64,000 nt of DNA. It comes from a virus (Duplodnaviria > Heunggongvirae > Uroviricota > Caudoviricetes). The translations under genes were made by a program, and so were the position numbers. Below the pieces are notes generated by a model. The model saw only the letters and a list, made by a program, of their open reading frames with translations, was not told where the DNA came from and did not search any database. Below, in pieces: positions 7,833 through 17,359 of this stretch. How positions within the stretch are numbered: position 1 is the stretch's first letter; each line of letters opens with the position of its first letter. The DNA is taken from IMG/VR virus record IMGVR_UViG_3300028840_008157; one strand, given 5' to 3'.

Positions 7833-10800
7833 ATGAACATCAAGGAAATGGCAGAACTGGCGACCACGATCATCGAGGAGAACATCGGACCGATCAACGT
7901 GGACGTCAGAACCATCAGGTATTACGAGACTTACGGGGTCATGGAGAAACCCCCCAAGAAGGGCCGCGAGAACGATTACGGGATCGAAAACCTCAAGCGC
8001 CTGGTGGCCATCAAGGCTCTCCAGTCAAGGGGCATCAGCCTTGGCCAGATCAAGAAAGAGAACGTAGATGTCGATGGCGTCCTGCGGAGCGTCGGGATCG
8101 ACCCGCTCGTCGTGGGTGCCTTCATCGAGAGGGAAATCGAAGAGTCTCGGGAGAAGCCCGAGAGGGAGGATGACATGAGCGTCAAGGGTCAAGCGGAACC
8201 GAAGAAGGAAAAGAAGAAGGAAAAGGAAGGGGGTTCTCCCTTGATCCTTCCGCCGGAGAAGGACGACAACAGCCTTTCCGTCGAGGTCACGAACCAGATG
8301 ACGTTCATGCCGATGAAGGACCGTCTCTTCGTCGGCTCATCGTTCGCGTTCGTCGACGGGCCGGACGACGAGATATCCAAGCTGATCTACGCCAAGCTAC
8401 ACGGGCAGCTCAAGAAATCCAAGAAGATGAAGCGCGCCGTCATACCCGTGTCCGGGGAGGTCGAGCTTTTGGGATGCGTCGTCAAGGGTGGCCGAGGGAA
8501 TAGAAACCAGCTCGGCGTCCTGGTCCCCGACAAGGACTCCTACAGGGAGGGCGACGACGTCGCCCGCGTACTCGTGTTCGAGCCCGAGAGCAAGGGCAAG
8601 TCCGTCCAGCTCGACGTCAAGCTCAACGGCGCGCCTCTCGACGTGATGAACGTCCCCATCGACGACAACGGCTGCGGCATCGCCCGCGTCCCCACGCTGG
8701 TCGCCGGGAAGTACGAGGTTCACGTGAATGGTAGCGGCGACTGCTCCTTCGAGGCCAGTCGTTACGAGCTCGACCCGCTGACCATCTCGGTTACGGCGTC
8801 CCGCAAGACCCCGGAGGGCATCGAGATCGACCTGTCTGCCGAGCGGTTCGGGAAGCCGATGAAGGGGAAGGCCGAGGTCAGGCTCATCGACGACGGAACC
8901 CCGATCTCCGAGCAGGTGGTCGAGTTCAAGGACGGCGTCGTGACGAGCAAGTGGGACGACCTCGGGGAGGGGAACGCCTCCGTCATGCTGACCCCCGCCG
9001 ACGACAAGTCGCTCATCGCGAGCGCGCCGATACTCGGCTCCAGGAGGGAGGAACGCGAGGACACGACCATCTCCCGCATGGGTCGCGTCATGACGGCGTC
9101 ACTGATGGCCTCGAAGGGCGCCCGTAAAGAGCGCGGCATCTACGTCTCGGAGGAATCCGTGACGAACGCGCCGATCTCGCTGGAGTCCGTCTTCTGCGAC
9201 AATGGAAAACTGAACCTCAAGTTTTCCGCCGACGCGTCCAAGGTGACGGTCGCGGTTTCCGACCCGTCCTCCGGTGAGATCGAGATCTACGACGTCGGCG
9301 ACGTCTCGAAGGGATCCAAGAGGTCGATCAAGGTCAACTCCGCGTTCGCCCTCGTCTCCGTCGGCGCGTTCGTCAAGGACAGGCCGTGGGAGGCCAACGC
9401 GACGGTGATCAACCCGTCGAGGGGCGAGTTCAAGCTGTCGATGCCTGGCGAGGGGTTGTTCGAGCCGGGTGACGAGATGGAGATCGACCTCACGTCCAAG
9501 GAGCCTTGCAGCGTGTTCCTCAAGGTCGTTGACACGCGCGTTAGGGCCATGTACGAGCCCGTGGTGGCCATCGCGTCCAAGGCCAAGTCCTGGTTCTCGA
9601 GGGAGATGCTCGGGCTGCTGACGGGAAACGCGTGGAAGCCCGTCATCGTTGACGGCATGTACCGATACATGAGGGGTTTCACGGGACCGACAGGTCCGAC
9701 GGGTTGGACGGGTTCCTCCGGCGCGAGCGGACACGGCTACCCGGGTGGCCGGCGGCGTCTGTCGCAGGCCAGGGTCATAAGCCGTCGAGGCGCGGTGCCC
9801 TACGACGACGCCATGACGAAGGGCGTTGCCGGATCTCAGGGTTCGTCCGGCGACCCGTCCTACCATGTAAGTTACCACGCGACGCCTGACTCGACCTTCC
9901 TCGGGACGGACGACCACAAGGTCTATGCGGCTTCGCTGGCCCCTCCGGCGGCGAACGCGATGGGCTCCGAGGAACTGACCTCCGGCGGGGGGATTTTCCT
10001 GTGTGACTCGATCAACGTCGAGATGCCAGAGGTCGCCGAGATGGAGTCGAGAAAGTCGGACGCGGACGTCGTCTTCTGCGACCTGCTCCGGGTGCCGAAG
10101 TCGGGGCGCAAGGTCAAGATCAAGCTGCCGGACAGGATCGCCTCGTACGACGTCAAGGCGTTCTTCGTCAGCGGCAACGATTGGTCCGAGGCGGAGGAGA
10201 AGGCCGTCGCCATCAAGCATCTCTACATCGAGCCAATGATCCCGGCCGTCGCGGTCCCAACGGACCAATGCCGCGCCGTGGTCGTCAACGGCAAGGACTG
10301 CGAGGCCATCGTCACGGTAAACGGCGAGAAGGTCGAGATCACGCGCTTCAAGACCCCCGACGGGGCTTCGGTCATGCTGACCTGGGCGGCCCTTCCCGGC
10401 GTTCACGAGGTCGCCGCGACCTACAAGGGACACTCCGACAGGGTGTCCAAGATCGTCGAGCCACCGGGCGAGGAGATCGTCCTGTCCCAGGAGACGCACG
10501 TCATGGCCAAGGGCGAGACGTACGAGCTCGAGGAGGACGCCCTGTCCGCGTACGTGATGCCGGGCCTCGAGGAGGAGCTGGAGACGGTCGTCCACGTGAC
10601 GGTCAACTACGAGCATTGCTGCTGCGAGCAGACGGCGGCCAAGATCGTCGCGGCCTGCGTGGCGGCGACGGTCGGCAACGACGGCGACAAGGCCAAGGCG
10701 TACAAGGCCATCGCCAACGGGCGCGCCCGGCTGAGGAGCCTCTACAACGGGGGCGCCTTCAACTACTATCCTGGGCACGGGGTCAACGCGTGGGCCTCCG

Positions 10801-11684
10801 ACCTGGCCGCGAGGCGCGTCGCCCAAGTCGACGTCAAGGATGCCCCGAAGGACGTCGCCGAGGCTCTCGACGACATCCGCAAGATGGGCGTCTCCGTCGT
10901 CGCCAGCGCCTCGTCCAGCTACCAGAGCGACCTGGAGGCCGCCTTCGCGAAGGGCGACTTCTCGTCCGTCTCGACGACCGACGCGATGACGGCGGCCTCG
11001 TCCGTCAAGGGCGGATCATCGATGGCCATCGCCGACGCCGCCTACGCGGCTTCGTGCCTGCTGCGATCCGGAAGGATCGCCCCGGGCATCCAGGTCGCCA
11101 ACGAGGTCGCCAAGGCCGTGGCCCCCGCGAAGGGGGGAGCCATGTACGGGACGAACGACATGCTCGGCTACCTGATGATGGTCATGTCCCTCTCCGATAC
11201 CGGCGTGATCCCCGCCTCGGGCGGCAAGGTCGTGGTCGACGGGGCGAAGAAGGACGTCGTCGACGCGACGAACGACCCGGCGACGAGGATCGAGGCGACG
11301 GACAATCCCGTGGCCATCCGTATCAACCGCGTCAAGAAGCTGCGGCTCGACGAGGAGACGTCGGAAGTACCGATCGAGGTCAAGCTCGTCGGGGCCAAGG
11401 GCAAGAAGGTGAAGGCCGGCCAGATGGCGCGGCTCGTCGTCCGGACGGACGGCTACAAGGCCGGGGACGTCGTGGTAGTCAGGCTTCCACAAGGACTCAG
11501 CCGGGTCGTCGGTGGAGGCAAGCAGAAGAAGTTCCAGGTCGACTTCGAGGGCAAAAACGAGGTTTCCATCGACCTCGTGGCCCATGAGGCGGCTGAGCAG
11601 CAGATGGGCGTAGTTGTCCGGAACATGTATGACTCGTCGAGGATCGGATCGGCGGGCTTGATCGACGTGAAGGTCGTCGCGTGA
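7833..11684 (+). CDS. MerR-HTH fused alpha-2-macroglobulin-like thioester protein
   Basis: MerR motif VRTIRYYETYG...Y...L..I..LQ.RG.SL.QI; MG2-like PDKDSYREGD; VFLKVVD; KLPDRIASYDVKA; thioester-type CCEQ at 10620-10631; TED-like GRARLRSLYNGGAFNYY; internal GGAGG-ATG at 8175; no signal peptide. Confidence 0.8.
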   Translation: MNIKEMAELATTIIEENIGPINVDVRTIRYYETYGVMEKPPKKGRENDYGIENLKRLVAIKALQSRGISLGQIKKENVDVDGVLRSVGIDPLVVGAFIEREIEESREKPEREDDMSVKGQAEPKKEKKKEKEGGSPLILPPEKDDNSLSVEVTNQMTFMPMKDRLFVGSSFAFVDGPDDEISKLIYAKLHGQLKKSKKMKRAVIPVSGEVELLGCVVKGGRGNRNQLGVLVPDKDSYREGDDVARVLVFEPESKGKSVQLDVKLNGAPLDVMNVPIDDNGCGIARVPTLVAGKYEVHVNGSGDCSFEASRYELDPLTISVTASRKTPEGIEIDLSAERFGKPMKGKAEVRLIDDGTPISEQVVEFKDGVVTSKWDDLGEGNASVMLTPADDKSLIASAPILGSRREEREDTTISRMGRVMTASLMASKGARKERGIYVSEESVTNAPISLESVFCDNGKLNLKFSADASKVTVAVSDPSSGEIEIYDVGDVSKGSKRSIKVNSAFALVSVGAFVKDRPWEANATVINPSRGEFKLSMPGEGLFEPGDEMEIDLTSKEPCSVFLKVVDTRVRAMYEPVVAIASKAKSWFSREMLGLLTGNAWKPVIVDGMYRYMRGFTGPTGPTGWTGSSGASGHGYPGGRRRLSQARVISRRGAVPYDDAMTKGVAGSQGSSGDPSYHVSYHATPDSTFLGTDDHKVYAASLAPPAANAMGSEELTSGGGIFLCDSINVEMPEVAEMESRKSDADVVFCDLLRVPKSGRKVKIKLPDRIASYDVKAFFVSGNDWSEAEEKAVAIKHLYIEPMIPAVAVPTDQCRAVVVNGKDCEAIVTVNGEKVEITRFKTPDGASVMLTWAALPGVHEVAATYKGHSDRVSKIVEPPGEEIVLSQETHVMAKGETYELEEDALSAYVMPGLEEELETVVHVTVNYEHCCCEQTAAKIVAACVAATVGNDGDKAKAYKAIANGRARLRSLYNGGAFNYYPGHGVNAWASDLAARRVAQVDVKDAPKDVAEALDDIRKMGVSVVASASSSYQSDLEAAFAKGDFSSVSTTDAMTAASSVKGGSSMAIADAAYAASCLLRSGRIAPGIQVANEVAKAVAPAKGGAMYGTNDMLGYLMMVMSLSDTGVIPASGGKVVVDGAKKDVVDATNDPATRIEATDNPVAIRINRVKKLRLDEETSEVPIEVKLVGAKGKKVKAGQMARLVVRTDGYKAGDVVVVRLPQGLSRVVGGGKQKKFQVDFEGKNEVSIDLVAHEAAEQQMGVVVRNMYDSSRIGSAGLIDVKVVA

Positions 11685-11687
11685 GGA

Positions 11688-11957
11688 GTGGCCATGAAGA
11701 AGATGCTTGGATCGAAGACGACGAAATGCCCCGAATGCGGATCAGACTGGGAGTACGATGTCAAGGGCAAGAAGTACTCCCGCCTGATCGGCATTGAGAA
11801 CCCAAACGTCTACGACGGGATATCGTGGTGGCGATGTCCTGACTGCGGGGCGACGTGGAGTCGCTGGAGCGGGGAACTGGAAGACCACAAGGAAAAAAAG
11901 GACTGGGTCGCGATCGCCCGCAAGGCGCGCAACAAGTGGCTTCGGGAGAACCCTTAG
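11688..11957 (+). CDS. small zinc-ribbon protein
   Basis: CPEC...YDGISWWRCPDC. Confidence 0.75.
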   Translation: MAMKKMLGSKTTKCPECGSDWEYDVKGKKYSRLIGIENPNVYDGISWWRCPDCGATWSRWSGELEDHKEKKDWVAIARKARNKWLRENP

Positions 11958-12226
11958 CGCCTCTTTTTCCTGGCCTTGTACTTGCCGATGCGCGGACGCG
12001 CCACCTTGGGATGCTTGCGATAGTGGGCGTCGTTGTAGAGGACGGACTGGACAAGCTGCGACAGGTATCCGCGCGTCCTGCCTCTAGGGACCTTGAAGAG
12101 GTTGTCCCTCTTGCCGCGTTCGGCGATCTCGCTGGGCCCGATGGGTTTCTTGGCCTTCCTGAGGATCCGTGCGGCGGTTCCGAGGATCGTCATGTTCGTC
12201 AGGACGGCGCTGCTCTTCTTTTTCAT
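11954..12226 (-). CDS. HARE-HTH-like winged-helix DNA-binding protein
   Basis: MTILGTAARILRKAKKPIGPSEI...GRT pattern; AGGAGG RBS. Confidence 0.65.
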   Translation of the reverse strand: MKKKSSAVLTNMTILGTAARILRKAKKPIGPSEIAERGKRDNLFKVPRGRTRGYLSQLVQSVLYNDAHYRKHPKVARPRIGKYKARKKRR

Positions 12227-12291
12227 CTCACTTTCCTCCTTTGGGGTATGATACGGCGTCCGGGGTGTTTTCGGGCCGTTCCCGTAACAGG

Positions 12292-12319
12292 TTGACGACA
12301 CATGATTTTGTGGTATCAT
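12292..12319 (+). promoter_or_regulatory. sigma70-like promoter
   Basis: TTGACG-16 nt-TATCAT with extended TG. Confidence 0.5.
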
Positions 12320-12335
12320 TCGTACGGAGGATTGC

Positions 12336-12896
12336 ATGAGGAAAAAGCTAGATCGCATCATCGTCATCGATGTTGAGTCGACCTGCTGGGATGACCGAGA
12401 GGAGGCCAAGAAGAATACCAGCGAGATCATCCAGATCGGCGTGGCCGCCCTGGACGTCAACACGCTGACCGTGCTCCAGAGGAGCGAGTACATGGTCAAG
12501 CCGGTCTTCTCGAAGGTCAGCGAGTTCTGCACGAAGCTGACCGGGATCACGCAGGAGGACGTCGACGAGGGCGTCGAATATCCGGAAGCCATCGCCGCGC
12601 TCGTCGAGGAGTACGAGGTCGAGCGCAGGCCGTGGGCCAGCTACGGGGATTATGACCGCAAGCAGTTCCTCCATAATTGCCGCCTTCGCAGCGTTCCATA
12701 CCCGTTCGGGGACCGGCACATCAACGTCAAGACGCTCGTTGCGTCTGCGATGGGATGGCCCAGGGAGGAGGGCATGGACGTCGCGATGAGTTTCATCGGC
12801 CTGGAGCTCAAGGGGGTTCATCACAGGGCCGGCGACGACGCGGCGAACGTCGCCAGCATCCTCGGGTTCGTCCTCCACGGGGTCAGGGAACCATGA
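12336..12896 (+). CDS. DEDDh 3'-5' exonuclease (ERI-1/KapD-like)
   Basis: IDVESTCW, EIIQIG, CTKLTGITQ, GDYD, HRAGDDA. Confidence 0.9.
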   Translation: MRKKLDRIIVIDVESTCWDDREEAKKNTSEIIQIGVAALDVNTLTVLQRSEYMVKPVFSKVSEFCTKLTGITQEDVDEGVEYPEAIAALVEEYEVERRPWASYGDYDRKQFLHNCRLRSVPYPFGDRHINVKTLVASAMGWPREEGMDVAMSFIGLELKGVHHRAGDDAANVASILGFVLHGVREP

Positions 12897-13084
12897 GGAA
12901 GGCGATTCGCAAGCGCGTCCCGATATTCCATCCCGTCGGGAGGTTCTTCTCCGCGTTCCCCTACGGGGTCAGGGTAAAGACGTTCACGGCGTTCTTCAGC
13001 GACAGGGAGGTTTTCCGGACGAGGAGGGTGATGTTCGCGGACGTCCAATCGCTGGATGAAAAGGAGAGGCCGACGCCACGATGA
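12893..13084 (+). CDS. hypothetical protein
   Basis: 63 aa, ATGA overlaps at both ends. Confidence 0.5.
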   Translation: MRKAIRKRVPIFHPVGRFFSAFPYGVRVKTFTAFFSDREVFRTRRVMFADVQSLDEKERPTPR

Positions 13085-13701
13085 AAAGCCCATTGGCCAA
13101 ACTATATGACGAGGTGGACAAGTTCGGATTTTCCAAGACCGCGAAGGAGCTTTGCGAAAAAGCCCTTTCGCTGGATGGGTTCGACGAGTATCCCGCCTCC
13201 CTCGACAAGCATCATTCGTTCGTTGGGGGGCTGGCCACGCATACGCTCGAGGCCCTCCGGGTCGCGAAGGCGCTCTGCAAGATAACGCCTGGCGCGTCGA
13301 GGGACGTCGTCGGTACGGCGGTCATATTCCACGACGTCGGAAAGTTGGAATGCTACGATCAAGTCCAGGAAGCCGGACCCGTCCGGGGATCGTTTTTCAG
13401 CGGCATTTACAAGAAGAACGAGCGCTACTTCGAATCCTACCACATCGTCATATCCTGGGAGATATTCAGGACCATGGTTTGCAAGTTCGTCTCGAGGCTA
13501 CCCGATGGTTTCGTCGAGCAGGTCAGTCATTGCATCCTGGCCCATCACAGGCTCAAGGAGAACGGAAGCCCGGTCAAGCCCGTGACCAAGGAGGCGTGGA
13601 TAACCCACGTGTCGGACTCCTCCAGCGTCACGATCATGTCCGACGAGTTCCCGTTGGCGAAGGATTACAAGGCTGGCGAGGTCACGTACCGGATACATTG
13701 A
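13081..13701 (+). CDS. HD-domain phosphohydrolase (YhaM-like)
   Basis: PAS..HHSFVGGLATHT, FHDVGK, HCILAHH, GSPVKP.T.EA. Confidence 0.85.
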   Translation: MKSPLAKLYDEVDKFGFSKTAKELCEKALSLDGFDEYPASLDKHHSFVGGLATHTLEALRVAKALCKITPGASRDVVGTAVIFHDVGKLECYDQVQEAGPVRGSFFSGIYKKNERYFESYHIVISWEIFRTMVCKFVSRLPDGFVEQVSHCILAHHRLKENGSPVKPVTKEAWITHVSDSSSVTIMSDEFPLAKDYKAGEVTYRIH

Positions 13702-13854
13702 CCATGGAATGCGTGGACTCTTACCATCGCTTACAGAGTTGGTATGCCATACGCATTGCCACCTCGAAAACTGTTAAATGGGACGTTCGTGAAAAGATTC
13801 TGTCCAGCATGAACGTTGACTTGAGGTTGATAACGCGCCCGTACGCGTCCCGGT

Positions 13855-14292
13855 TTACCGTTTTTTCTTCTTCCTCTTGGCCCGTACGGACCCCGTCTTC
13901 GCCCTGACGACCTTCTTCTCCACGAAGTCGTCGCCCCTCTCCATGTTGACGATCGCCTTCTCCTCCTTGGCGAACTTCCTCCTCCGGGCCCCGCTCGTGT
14001 TCCTCAGGACGACGCGGAACACGCATCTCTCCCCGAACTCGTACTGCTTCCCGATGGCCTCGTGCCCGTCGTAGCTGACGTTTACCACGAACACGTTCGG
14101 GTCCTTGATCTTTTGAAGGAGGCGCCCCACGGCCTGCGGGGGCGCATCACCGGGGTCGTATACCTCGACGACCTCCCCCATCCCCACCAGGGGCGTGTTG
14201 CATAGTAGCCGGTTGTGCTCGGTGTCGATGGACATCATCCGGAAAATGGGCTGCCTTTTCATATTCGCGTTCCTCGCCATACCTATATTCAA
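13855..14292 (-). CDS. hypothetical protein with basic C-terminus
   Basis: 145 aa ORF. Confidence 0.6.
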   Translation of the reverse strand: MNIGMARNANMKRQPIFRMMSIDTEHNRLLCNTPLVGMGEVVEVYDPGDAPPQAVGRLLQKIKDPNVFVVNVSYDGHEAIGKQYEFGERCVFRVVLRNTSGARRRKFAKEEKAIVNMERGDDFVEKKVVRAKTGSVRAKRKKKKR

Positions 14293-14382
14293 TATACACG
14301 ACGTGATGGCCTTTTTCGTGCCTCGGACGCACCATATGCCGTATCATTGGCTTCGAAGGACTATTTATTGTATGGAGGCGAG

Positions 14383-15252
14383 ATGCCTTATTCACCGGTT
14401 TGCGTCCTTTTCGGCGTTCATGGGGTCATCGGGCGTTCGATACACAAGAAGCTCTCGGAGCGCCTGCCCGACTACAAGATATTCGGTTTTGACCGGTCCA
14501 GGGTCGACGCCTCCTCCATGGATCAGGTATCATCCGTTATCAATTACGTTAACCCCGACTTGGTCATCAACTGCGTCGGCATGAGCGACCCCGAACGTTG
14601 CGAGAACGACGTCATGGCGGCTTTCAAGGCCAACGCCACGATCCCCGAGGTCATCGCCTCGTGCTGCTCCAACAAGAAATGCAAGTTCGTCCATTTCAGC
14701 TCGTACGCGGTCTTTCCCGGGCGCGATACTTCATATACGGAACGATCTCGACCGCGCCCGACGAGCGCCCTCGGAAGGTCGAAGTGGGACGGGGAAATTG
14801 CCGTCCAGAAGCTCTCCAAGGACCATCTGATCATCAGGCCCGGGTTCCTTCTGTCCCCCGACAAGAGGAATTGCCTGGCCGACTGGATATCGAGGGCGAA
14901 GCGCAACGGGAAGGTCATGGTCAGGGAGATGAAAGTCAGCCCGATCGACTCCGTCGACCTGGCGGAGGCGGTCATGGCCCTGATCGACGGGCACGCCAGC
15001 GGGTTGTTCCACGTTGCGAACCGCGGCGTCGCAGAGGTTCACCAGATCGCCGAGTCGGCCATCTCGATGGCCGGATTGAGGGCCAAGGTGGCGCAGACGC
15101 CCGACATCCTTAACTCGTGGTTCAAGTCGCCGACTCCTCGGACGGTAATCCTTTCCTCCTCGAAGTACGCGAAGACGACCGGCGGCAACATGAAGCCCTG
15201 GAACGATTCGCTTCGCCATTGCCTCTTCAGCATGAACAAGCCTAAGGAATGA
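14383..15252 (+). CDS. RmlD-like SDR (dTDP-4-dehydrorhamnose reductase family), degenerate active site
   Basis: GVHGVIG, PDLVINCVG, FVHFSS, LGRSK in place of YGxSK; GGAGG RBS before ATG 14383. Confidence 0.8.
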   Translation: MPYSPVCVLFGVHGVIGRSIHKKLSERLPDYKIFGFDRSRVDASSMDQVSSVINYVNPDLVINCVGMSDPERCENDVMAAFKANATIPEVIASCCSNKKCKFVHFSSYAVFPGRDTSYTERSRPRPTSALGRSKWDGEIAVQKLSKDHLIIRPGFLLSPDKRNCLADWISRAKRNGKVMVREMKVSPIDSVDLAEAVMALIDGHASGLFHVANRGVAEVHQIAESAISMAGLRAKVAQTPDILNSWFKSPTPRTVILSSSKYAKTTGGNMKPWNDSLRHCLFSMNKPKE

Positions 15253-15270
15253 GCGCGCCCGCGACAGAAT

Positions 15271-15519
15271 ATGACGGTGGAGGTGGCCATGACCATCGGA
15301 TCGCCGCGAGTCAATACCGGGTTGCCCATACCGGAGGAGGAGACGGAGCCCGTCGTGGACGAGAAGGACATCCCGACGCAGCGACCCTACCGGTTCAGCG
15401 GTTATCAAACGAACCAGACGCCGGATGGTATATCCCACGTCTACCGACACCAGTACCAGCCGTTGTGCTGGTCGCGCCGGGCGGCCTACGCCTACCGGTC
15501 GAAGCTCTGGAAACCCTGA
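15271..15519 (+). CDS. hypothetical protein
   Basis: 82 aa ORF directly upstream of the terminase. Confidence 0.55.
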   Translation: MTVEVAMTIGSPRVNTGLPIPEEETEPVVDEKDIPTQRPYRFSGYQTNQTPDGISHVYRHQYQPLCWSRRAAYAYRSKLWKP

Positions 15520-15569
15520 TCGCAGGTTCGCGCTCCTTTTCCACGGAACTATATTGAAAAGGGGGTATT

Positions 15570-17357
15570 ATGCCCAAAAAGAAGCGCGATCCTCTCATCT
15601 CGATGATCGACGACGTCTTGCAGGAGGGCCGTTCCGGAGGCCGCAAGATCGTCGACATCATAACCTTTTGCAACGACCCCGCTTACCTCAACTTCGGTGG
15701 ACAGAACCCGCCGATCGAGTTGTGGAAGATGCAGCAAATCGTGCTGAAGATGTTCTATCGGGGAACGAGGGGCAACGAGCACATCGAGCTGGACGAGGAG
15801 GAACTCGACGAGCTGCGGCGGATATGCAAGGAGGAGGACCTCGATTACGAGCCGGCCCGAGGCGGTTTCCAGCAGGTCATCGAGAAGTACTACCGCAGGA
15901 GCCCGATCCGGACCTTGCAGCTTGTCATGGGACGTCGCTCGTCGAAGACCTTCATGGTCAGCGTCATCGCGGCGTACGAGGCTTACAAGCTCCTCGAGCT
16001 CGGAAACCCGCAAAAGTTCTACAAGATGCCAGCCAACAAGCCCATCGCGATCGTCAACGTCGCCGTGTCGTCTGACCAGGCTTACGACCCGCTGTTCCTG
16101 GAGATCTTGTCAAGGATCACGAACAGCCCTTACTTCGCCGACAAGATCAGCCCGTCCAGCAAGAAGAGCGAGCTCTACCTCCTCACGGACGCGGACCGCG
16201 AGGAAATCGCGCGGCGCAGGGCCGAGGGGATCAACATCGAGCTCGAAGGCTCGGTCGTCCTGATATCCGGCCATAGCAACTCGAGGTCGATCCGAGGCAA
16301 GGCCACGATCGCGATCCTCTTCGACGAGTTCGCGCACTTCATAAACACGTCCGGTCGATCCTCGGGCGACGAGGTTTACTCGGCGCTCGCTCCTTCGACG
16401 CAGCAGTTCGGCAACGACGGCAAGCTCGTGTTGCTCAGCGACCCTAGGGAAAAGGCCGGGATCTTCTGGGCTCTGTTCGAGATGTCCCAGCAACGCGAGG
16501 AGAAGGAAGGCGGCGCGATAGTCTACCCACACGACAACATCCTCTCGTTGCAACTCCCGACGTGGGTCATGAACCCCGGCGAGAACTTTACGAGGGAGAA
16601 GTTGGAGCGCGAGGAGAGGCCGAAGGACCCGCTCGCTTTCCTGAACTCGTACGCCGCCCGGTTTACCGGCGAGATGGGCATGCAGATGTTCGACCGCGAG
16701 CGTCTCCAGGCTTGCGTGAACACGAACTACAAGGAGCCGATCCTCGGAGACCCGCGATACGCCTATTACGTCCATCTCGACCCGGCTACGACGTCGCACA
16801 ACTACGCGCTCGCCATGGTACACGCCATACACGTGAGGAATGATCGCTCCGAACACAGGACGAGGGTGATCGTCGACCTTATCAAGTCGTGGAAGCCATC
16901 GGGGGAGGGTCCCGTCGACATTACTCGCGTCGAGAAGTACATCATCGAGCTCGCGAAGAAGTTTCGCATCGTCCAGATTTCGTTCGACGCGTTCCAGTCC
17001 GCCCAGACGATCCAGCGACTCAGGGTTCTAGGGTTAAGGGCGATCGAGACGCCGTTCCTCCCTAGGTACACTTCGGAGATATACGGCGAGCTCCGGAACC
17101 TCGTCCACCAGGGAGACATAGTCCTCCCGATGGACGACCAGCTTGTCGGGGAGATGAGGGAACTCCTGTACAAGATCAAGGGCAAGAACCTCATCAAGCC
17201 CATGATCAACCCGAGATCGGAAATGTACGCGTCGGACGACTGCGTCGACGCGCTCGCCGGCGCGGCCTTCCAGGCCATGTACTCGAAGGTCAGGGCGGCC
17301 CTACCAAGGTCGGCCATCGCCTACACGCCGGTCGGCCCGTGGGCCGGCAGGAGGTAA
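15570..17357 (+). CDS. terL: terminase large subunit
   Basis: Walker A-like MGRRSSKT, Walker B ILFDEFAHF, RNase H-like YVHLDPA, FDAFQS, DDCVDA. Confidence 0.9.
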   Translation: MPKKKRDPLISMIDDVLQEGRSGGRKIVDIITFCNDPAYLNFGGQNPPIELWKMQQIVLKMFYRGTRGNEHIELDEEELDELRRICKEEDLDYEPARGGFQQVIEKYYRRSPIRTLQLVMGRRSSKTFMVSVIAAYEAYKLLELGNPQKFYKMPANKPIAIVNVAVSSDQAYDPLFLEILSRITNSPYFADKISPSSKKSELYLLTDADREEIARRRAEGINIELEGSVVLISGHSNSRSIRGKATIAILFDEFAHFINTSGRSSGDEVYSALAPSTQQFGNDGKLVLLSDPREKAGIFWALFEMSQQREEKEGGAIVYPHDNILSLQLPTWVMNPGENFTREKLEREERPKDPLAFLNSYAARFTGEMGMQMFDRERLQACVNTNYKEPILGDPRYAYYVHLDPATTSHNYALAMVHAIHVRNDRSEHRTRVIVDLIKSWKPSGEGPVDITRVEKYIIELAKKFRIVQISFDAFQSAQTIQRLRVLGLRAIETPFLPRYTSEIYGELRNLVHQGDIVLPMDDQLVGEMRELLYKIKGKNLIKPMINPRSEMYASDDCVDALAGAAFQAMYSKVRAALPRSAIAYTPVGPWAGRR

Positions 17358-17359
17358 CC

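Noticed and set aside
9099-10826. 575-aa antisense ORF (and similar ones at 50401-51945, 53810-55582, 19829-20917)
   Set aside because: Shadow frames of GC3-biased genes on the opposite strand; no motifs or RBS.
15927-15953. Inactive terminase because Walker A reads GRRSSKT
   Set aside because: The Lys-Thr, Walker B and nuclease acidic residues are intact, and terminase Walker A motifs are often deviant.
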